A DNA stretch of 64,000 nucleotides from Azolla caroliniana (Eukaryota; Plantae; Polypodiophyta). Where the stretch lies: positions 8,122,001 to 8,186,000 of the forward strand of contig JBHGNT010000016.1 of the NCBI GenBank assembly GCA_043228905.1. The letters are read 5' to 3'. Below the pieces are notes generated by a model. That model did no database searches. It was not told where the DNA came from and saw only the letters and a list, made by a program, of their open reading frames with translations. The number at the start of each line of letters is the position of its first letter. The first letter of the stretch is position 1. Shown here one piece after another: positions 56,701-64,000 of the stretch. A program made the position numbers and the translations under genes.

Positions 56701-59700
56701 CTGTTTATCACTACAATTCAGAGATTGCTAACTTGCATCGTGCTTTGGCAACATTACAACAACTTTTGGAAAGGTACCCAACTTCATCTATATTATGTTG
56801 TGATTTGCAACAAGAAAAAAACAGTCTAAAGGAAAAATAGGAAGCACGGTCAAGTTTCTTTTACCATCGTAATGTTGCTCGTTGGTCGCAAAGGCAAGAT
56901 TGGGTCAATAAGGATTTCTTTAATCAATTTAAACGAAAAGCTAGACCTCTTTCTATTACTTCTTTGAAGTGGCTTGATGGATCCTATACATGAGATGGCT
57001 CTGAGATGCGAAGTATAGTCTCGTATTATTATCAGAACTTATTGTCTGCTGAATCTTTTACGACAGATAATTTTTATAAGCAACAAGTTGTTTTGGCAAC
57101 TATTGAACAGAAGGTTATAGATGTAATGGCCTCTCAATTATTACAACCGTTTACATCTCAAGAGGTATTTGTTGCGGCTAAATCCTTAGGTAAGGATGTT
57201 TGTCCCGGAAAAGATGGAATACAAATTGGCTTTTATTTGCATTATTGGGATTTTATTGGTTCTCTTATTACTAGAGCAGTTAATTTAATTTTCTCAACGG
57301 GTAATATGCCTGATGAATGGACATAAGGAATCATATATATGATTCCTAAATCGAATGCTCAATGTGATGAAGTCTCCAAGTGGCAGCCAATAACCTTGCT
57401 TAATGTTGTGTATAAGATAGTCGCAAAAGCTATTGCAGTTAGACTACGACCTGTATTGCCGTCTATTATTCATGATACACAATGTGGCTTCCTACAAGAT
57501 AGAAGTATTTTTTATAATATCTTTTTGTTTTGGGAAATGGTTGCATTAACTTAGCAACATAAACAACAACTTGCAGTATTATTGCTTGACTTTGAAAAGG
57601 CATATGATAAAGTGGATTGGGACTTTCTTAGGCAATGCTACCAAGATTAGGTTTTCCAGCCGCATGGATAAAAGGTGTTTCATCCCTTTACAGGCATGCT
57701 TCTAGTTATGTTTTGTTTGTTGGAGAATACGAGACACTATTTCCTATATCCAAGTCTATTAGGCAAGGATGCCATCTTGCCCCATTTCTTTTTATCTTGT
57801 TTGGGGAAGCTTTGTCCTCCTACCTAAGATCATCAACTACTGGTATCAAAGGATTAGTATTACCTATTACACAATCCATTGTACTGGATGTTAAATTTGT
57901 AGATGACACAACCCTCTATGTTGAAGGGGAGATCAGTAATCTTGGTCGGGTACAAAATGTTTTGCAAGTTTTCTCAGATGCTACACATGCATCACTTAAC
58001 TGGAATAAGTCAGTTGGCCTTTGGGTTGGTGCAGAAAATCATCCTGAGTGGTATCCAGGTCATGCTTTCCGATGGCTTCATCGTGGTGAGCCAGTTCGAT
58101 ATTTAGGATGTATGGTTGGAATAGATTTAAGGCCAGAAGTACTGCTATCTCCGTTGCTATTATCAATAAAACGTAAATTATTGTCTTTTTCGGGTCGCGT
58201 TGTAGTAGCAAATACCGTACTATTGGCATCAATGTGGTTTATAGCATCTGTGTGGCTATTTTCTAGATCAGCAATGACAAAAGTGCAAAGCTTGATCCAG
58301 AATTTCCTTTGGGGGGGAAAACATGGCTCTCCTACAGTAGCCAAGGTTGCATGGAATGTGTTGATTCAACCTAAAATTAATGGAGGGTTGGGTTTGATAG
58401 ATCCTTTGATGCAGTCAAGAGCTCTCTTGACTAAGTTTGTTATCAGAGGTTTGTTGCCAGGATCAGAAGCTTGGAAAGGAATGTTTTTAAATCAGTTAAT
58501 GCAATTAACTCCTAAGACATGAGGAGTATGGTCACCCTCTTTAAAGTAGTTGTTCTTGAATGACATGAAAACACCAAGGAGAAATCTTGCATCCAATAGA
58601 TTTTTGCTAGGAATCATAAGAGCGTGGGATGCAATTAAATCATTTTTGCTAAAGGACAAATCTTCTACCTGGGATGCATTACTTAATCAACCTATGCTTG
58701 CCAATTCTCTATTTCGGGATAATGCAAGAAAAGTATTGGGCCTGTGTCGTCACCTTGCTTGGGGTAAATTGGATAATGGACCAACTGCATCTATAAGAAC
58801 GTGGACTCAGTTTCAACAAATGTCACAAGAAGATCAACTTGTACATCTACAATCAATTCATGGTGCTAAGATAATGACGGCTACCTTATCAGTAACATAT
58901 TCTTCATTTTTAACAACCTTCCAACTGAGGCAGGAACATCTATGGTTTGGATGCTTCACAAATGATATATTGATGGTTGTTAAGGGTGTTTCACCTAATG
59001 GGCACGTGTCTTATTTTCAGGTCCTAGACAACAATAGATTGCAATCTTATACCTTTGATTGCAATTATCTACAGGACTTACGAAGTGCACCAGTTACAGT
59101 GGTTGCTAAAATCGGAAAGAAATGGATCCTTGATCCTTATCCATCAATTGCTCATATGTGTGATATCATGTGGTTATATTCAAAAGATCTTGTTGCAAGA
59201 TTAACATGGGATCTAGGGGGTTGGCTTTGGTCACACTCCTTGGGGGAAAAGATCATAAAGGTCCCCTTTTTTCAGTACTCAGTAAAACTTGGAAGATCAT
59301 TACTGCTCTCTCGGAATGTAAAGATACCAATAGCTCAAAAACATTGGACCAATTGGGGTGTTTCCACTTTGCATTTGAGAACCTATTGGAAATGGATATG
59401 GTCATTCAAGGGGCCAACTAAATTTATTCTCTTTTGATGGTTATTAGAGCATATGGCTGTACCAGTTGATCATGCATTGAAAGGGAATGTGACACCCAAT
59501 TTGCGGCAATGTGCCATTTGATGTGAACCTCAAGAGACTACTAAGCATGTCTTATGGTCTTATTCTTTTGCTCAACAAGTATGGAAGAAAGTCGTGTCTT
59601 TATTCCTAACAATAAATGTAGGTTGCTTATTCTCATGGGGATCAGCGATGTGGGGAGTATTACACTCTGGTTTAATGTTGTATCAAGAAAACGATGTTCA

Positions 59701-59790
59701 TGAAGCAATGACAATACATAATAGAAGATTAATATTAGTTAGTCCCTTCCAACAACCTCGAAAGCAAGTTGCTCGATATTGCTACATCCA
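50715..59790 (+). mobile_element. Degenerate L1-type LINE (ORF1 + ORF2), interrupted by an LTR element
   Basis: ORF1 50715-52350 with CFRCFGFGHLAKNC. ORF2 from 52352: APE motifs (LLSWDVQGLG, LFLQEH, NLYAPN, SRLDRFY, SDHDPL), RT motifs (PGKDG, WQPITLLN..YKI..K, LLDFEKAYDKVDW, RQGC.LAPFLF, FVDD) and a zf-RVT remnant near 59500-59580. Confidence 0.93.
53269..56663 (-). mobile_element. Older copy of the gag+RT-remnant non-autonomous element, with diverged LTRs
   Basis: LTRs 53269-53963 and 55991-56663. TSD GATAC at 53264-53268 and 56664-56668. The internal region is homologous to 17663-19690 (same PBS, PPT and ORF, now broken). Confidence 0.88.
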
Positions 59791-60622
59791 AGCTAATTAG
59801 CTACTAATTATCTATTCTCCTTAATTAACTACATCTTAGCTAATTTGTTATATCTTAGCTCATTTTAGCTAATTAACTGCTAAACTATAGGTTGGCAGTA
59901 GCTAATTAGCTATTCTACTTTAGTATGGCAATAGTTAATTAGCTATTCGACTTTAGTATAGTAGGAGCTAAATAGCTATTCTTCTTAACTATGGCAATAG
60001 CTAATTAATTAGCTATCACTCTTGATACTGCTTAGCCAATTAGCTACATCTTAGCTAATTAGTTGCTAGACTATAGGTTCGTAGTAACTAATTAGCTACT
60101 AGACTATAGGTTGGCAGTAGCTAATTATCTGCTACACTATAAGTTGGTAGTAGCTAATTAGCTACATCTTAACTAATTAGTTATTCCACTTAGTATGGTA
60201 GTGGCTAATTAACTACATCTTAGCTAATTAGCTATTCTTCTTAACTAAATAGCTACATCTTAGCTAAATAGTTATTCTGCTTAACTATGGCAGTAACTAA
60301 TTAGCTTTCACTCTTGATACTGCTTAGCTAATTAGCTACATTGTAGTAGCTAATTACTACTACACTATAGACTAGATGCAGCTAATTAGCTATTCTACTT
60401 AAGTGTGGTAGTAGCTAATTAGCTACTACACTATAGGTTGGCAATAACTAATTAACTACCACATAGCTAATTAGCTACATCTTAGCTAATTAGTTATTCT
60501 TCTTAACTATTGCAGTAGCTAATTAACTACCACTTAGCTAATTAGCTACAATGTAGCTAACTAGCTACTACAATATAGGATGGCAACAACTAATTAGCTA
60601 TTTTACTTAACTATGATAGTAG
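59790..60622. repeat. Degenerate satellite built on the palindrome TAGCTAATTAGCTA
   Basis: Dozens of tagcta/tagctaattagcta units over about 830 bp. Confidence 0.9.
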
Positions 60623-60629
60623 CGCTCCC

Positions 60630-61490
60630 GACTAGAGGCTCCTAGGTCTGTCTGTTTCCTCGCTCTACCTATGAACTGCGTGACACGGTTTCTTCTGAAA
60701 ACCTATACATACGATGTTTGGGTTTCGGTAACCGACCAAAATCCGCCATGGCAAGAAACAGCAAATTGTCAGATAACAATACCCCTAGGCAAACATTTAC
60801 AATTGGTACCCTAATTCATGAAAGCAATTACGACCACACATAAAAAGGAACCACTACTCATAGCTCTAGTACAATTCACGAATTCGAGCGAAGCACCCAC
60901 GGTAATGGGTGAAAATGATCTGGCAGTAATGATAATCGTCAAGGGTAAGGAAGTTTTTGAAACAATAATCGATGGAGGATCAAGTGTAAAAGTCATCATC
61001 AAACTATGACAAATTAGGAGTTCGGGAATGGAAACCATGCCCATTTTGGCTAAGGATGGCGGATACTAGCTCACTCCGGCCAACAAGACTAATTCGGAAC
61101 TTGGAGATCACCATGGGAGGTTATTTGTTCCAAATATTGGCGGTAGTACTTCAATTAAGTGCACCAGTCGAATATCCTTTGTTGCTGGGAAGACCCTGGT
61201 TACATATAGTGCATATCAAGCAAAATTGGCAAAAGAATATCATAACTTTCTGTCGTGGGAAAACCAAAGTGAGGGTGCCAACACAAGAACATGCAGCCGC
61301 AAACAAGCAATTCAATCCATTATATGCGGAAGCGGTAAACATGTTGGATGGGCTAGCGAACGAAGAGGTAGACCAATATTTAGCCGACATCCGAAAATTG
61401 TACCGCTATTTGAAATTGATGTCGCAGAAGTCGTTACTCCGTATGTAACCCGCAAAGAGGAAGACACTGTCGAGTGCAAATCTTGCAAGT
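60630..61490 (+). mobile_element. Gypsy aspartic protease region remnant
   Basis: VFETIIDGGSSVKVI..., MADTSSLRP, YPLLLGRPWL. Confidence 0.75.
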
Positions 61491-61589
61491 GAACCGGCAC
61501 AGAAATTATGTTCATCTGTGAACCGGCAAGTGCAAATCTTGCAAGTGAAGAGAGCACCTGGGTGATCGACTCCGGTGCATCTTTGTATT

Positions 61590-62620
61590 AGAAGGCTTGG
61601 TTGTCTTTGATCATCTGGAGCTCGTTTGGTGTCTTGTGGCAGCAATTGGTGATCTCTTGTCCAGTTATCCTTATACCGCCTCAGGCCGTATTGTTAACGC
61701 TAATCTATAGCATGCCGAGAATCAACAAAAAATGCTCGATTGTCGAATTGGCGTATGTCGGCTCTGTCATATTGCGACGAATAATCCCTCTCAAGCCGCT
61801 CTCAACAATCTCGTTGGTACTCATCCAACCAAAATCTCTCCATGTACCAACCTCGATCATCTTGCTGATATCGATATCCTCCTCAATTCCTGTCCTCTCG
61901 CCAAAATCGCTTTCCTTCTAGCCACCTATCATCTCATGGCTCAATTTGTCGAACCAGCATCATTACTTTATTCAATAGGTTATACTCACATTGATCGATC
62001 ATGTGAGCCCTAGAGTGACAAAGTGGACAATGTGTCTGCATCGTGCATTCCAACGTTGAGCAATCACGATTTAAGCATGTTGTGCACTAGACCGCCTGCC
62101 GGAATCTAACTTCCTCCTCTTTTGGCAATGCTCTCTGTAGTGCTCCCATGGACATTGTATTATTGTTTTGCACTTGGTCCATATCGAGTACCTGGTCGAT
62201 AACTTGCGTTATGGTCTTGTCTTTGAAATCAAGCATTGCCAAAGTTGTCCTAAGTGGTTCTTTAAGGATCGTTTGGAATATCTCCTTCACATCCTCATGT
62301 GATGGTGGTCTTGACAATTGTTTACACAAATTTTGGAATCAGATAACAACATGGGGAACTGTTTCATATGACTCTTGATACACGGTGTAGAATTGACACA
62401 TCGACTCTCTTCGTGCTACCCGTCGTTGATAGTGTTTGATGAATTTTTCGCTTAATCACTCGAAGGAGTCGGACTCTCCTTGATCATGTCGGGAATACCA
62501 ATTAGCAGCCTAGCCCTCCAACAACAAACCAAATCCAACAATTTTTTATGCATTTGCGTCGGCCTCTGATAATTCACTGAGAGACATGGTTCCCCTGCCA
62601 TGTCATGAGGAATGCGCATA
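61590..62620 (-). mobile_element. Gypsy Gag remnant with zinc knuckle
   Basis: VKEIFQTILKEPLR...CPLCHSRAHMIDQC on the minus strand, with stops. Confidence 0.65.
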
Positions 62621-63169
62621 GGTGCGCCTTAGTAACCAGTTCATCATTGGAAGTTAGTTTGAAACAATAACATAGAATTGTACAATTATATCCACTTTAT
62701 TTGATAGTGGGGAAATGTTGACAAAAAACAACTACAAAAAAGATCTCGTCATGGACCAAATCGGCGACAAAGATATAAAATAAAAAGGAGATAATAAGTA
62801 ATTACAAAAAATACTTATTAACCAAGGAGTTTTACAAGAGAATTCGATGAACTGGACTCTTCACATAGGAAGGTTTACAACTGGTGGTGAACAAAATTGT
62901 TCGACAAGAGTGTGAGGCTTCACTTTATTGGAATTATTAGTTAGGAATGACGAGCTTGATCTCACCACTCTGATGGTTGAGACCAACCCACGTGTTGCAC
63001 ATTCATGTGTTCCCCAATAAACTCAAGTAGAATCATCCTTAACGTCTTGACTACATGGCTCAAGTGTTAGTGCAATAGGCTTGTAGCCTGTAAGGCACAT
63101 GTTCTAGCCTCATGTCATGACCTCTTGAAATGGGTACCACCTCCAAATTCTTATGATGTCACTTATTTT

Positions 63170-64000
63170 TTTAGTGGATTAGGAAGGGTATGCCCTATGC
63201 AACCCACTTGGGAACCAACAGGAAATTTGACCGACACACCATAAAAAGTCGTAGAGTTCCATCAACAATATCCCCTTAAACCCCCAAGACCTACTACTCC
63301 AACACATACCCATAGGAGGGGGGTGGTCACAATGGGTTTCCTCCATATGGCTCCAAAAGGGAAACATGAAAGACTGGATGAAGTTTGATCAAAGGTGGTA
63401 ACTGGAGACAAAAAAACAACTTTATTAATTTGACCATTAATGCGAAAATGGTTGGGACACCGGAAGTCAAGTTTTGTGCATGGTCTCTTTGTTAGTAGAT
63501 CTTTATGGAGAAGCCAAAATAAATATCCAATCAAGAATGAAGGGGCATGTTCAAAATTTTGTTGGGCTTATTGAATTTGTCTAATTTAGATGTGCATCTC
63601 TTGTACTTGCTCCATCTCATCTAAGAAAGATTATGTAAGATGTAGGCCAAAGACTAAAAAGAAGGAATTTGTTTTGTAGAAGAATGAACAATATTATTAT
63701 AAGAAATCTCTACCATACAAAGCCAATTAATCTACTCATCATGTTGATAGGAGATAAAACAACGTAAGTATTGCTCAAGTTTTGATTGGTTTGTTCAATT
63801 TGACCATTGCTTTATGGGTGATGCCCAGAGGATAACAATTTACATATCTACAAAAGTTTCGAGAGACATTTCCAAAAACTCGCGATGAATTGCAGACCAC
63901 AATCACTAACAATAGTACATGGTAGACCATGAAGGCAAAAAACTTCTCGAAGTAGGGGTGGGATTGTAGACCATGAGCAATCATAACCTCCATGCTTTGG
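63170..64000 (-). mobile_element. Highly decayed Gypsy integrase and C-terminal region
   Basis: [28 protein letters not shown] and KLDFRCPNHFRINGQINKV..HPVFHVSLLEPY-like remnants. Confidence 0.7.

Overview
Heterochromatic, TE-saturated land-plant DNA, most likely a bryophyte (moss); this assignment is inferred from the TE families, the TORNADO1-like remnant and the TTTAGGG motifs. No intact host gene is present. Most of the window is nested Copia, Gypsy, non-autonomous LTR, solo-LTR and L1-type LINE elements, most with readable 4-5 bp target-site duplications. The standout feature is at 1-11.8 kb. An uninterrupted minus-strand ORF of at least 731 aa (2195 to <1, absent from the supplied ORF track because it runs off the edge) has Sola/DUF7869-type DDD transposase motifs. 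It lies head-to-head, across a 69-bp near-perfect palindrome, with a five-exon gene of about 900 aa. That gene fuses a ParB/Srx-like domain to a bacterial-type beta-class amino (N6-A/N4-C) DNA methyltransferase with motifs DIPY...NPYQKP...DLFSGTGTT. It is only recognisable after splicing and excising a 5-kb Copia insertion, and it carries two stops in this copy. The pair suggests a DNA transposon family that carries its own DNA-modifying enzyme. Secondary oddities include a tRNA-like Pol III module inside a Gypsy-type LTR, a telomeric-repeat filler at a deletion junction, a CT-to-GT microsatellite swap between paired LTRs, a gag+RT-remnant single-ORF element, and a Helitron-like 3' end. All calls are by eye; no database searches were run.
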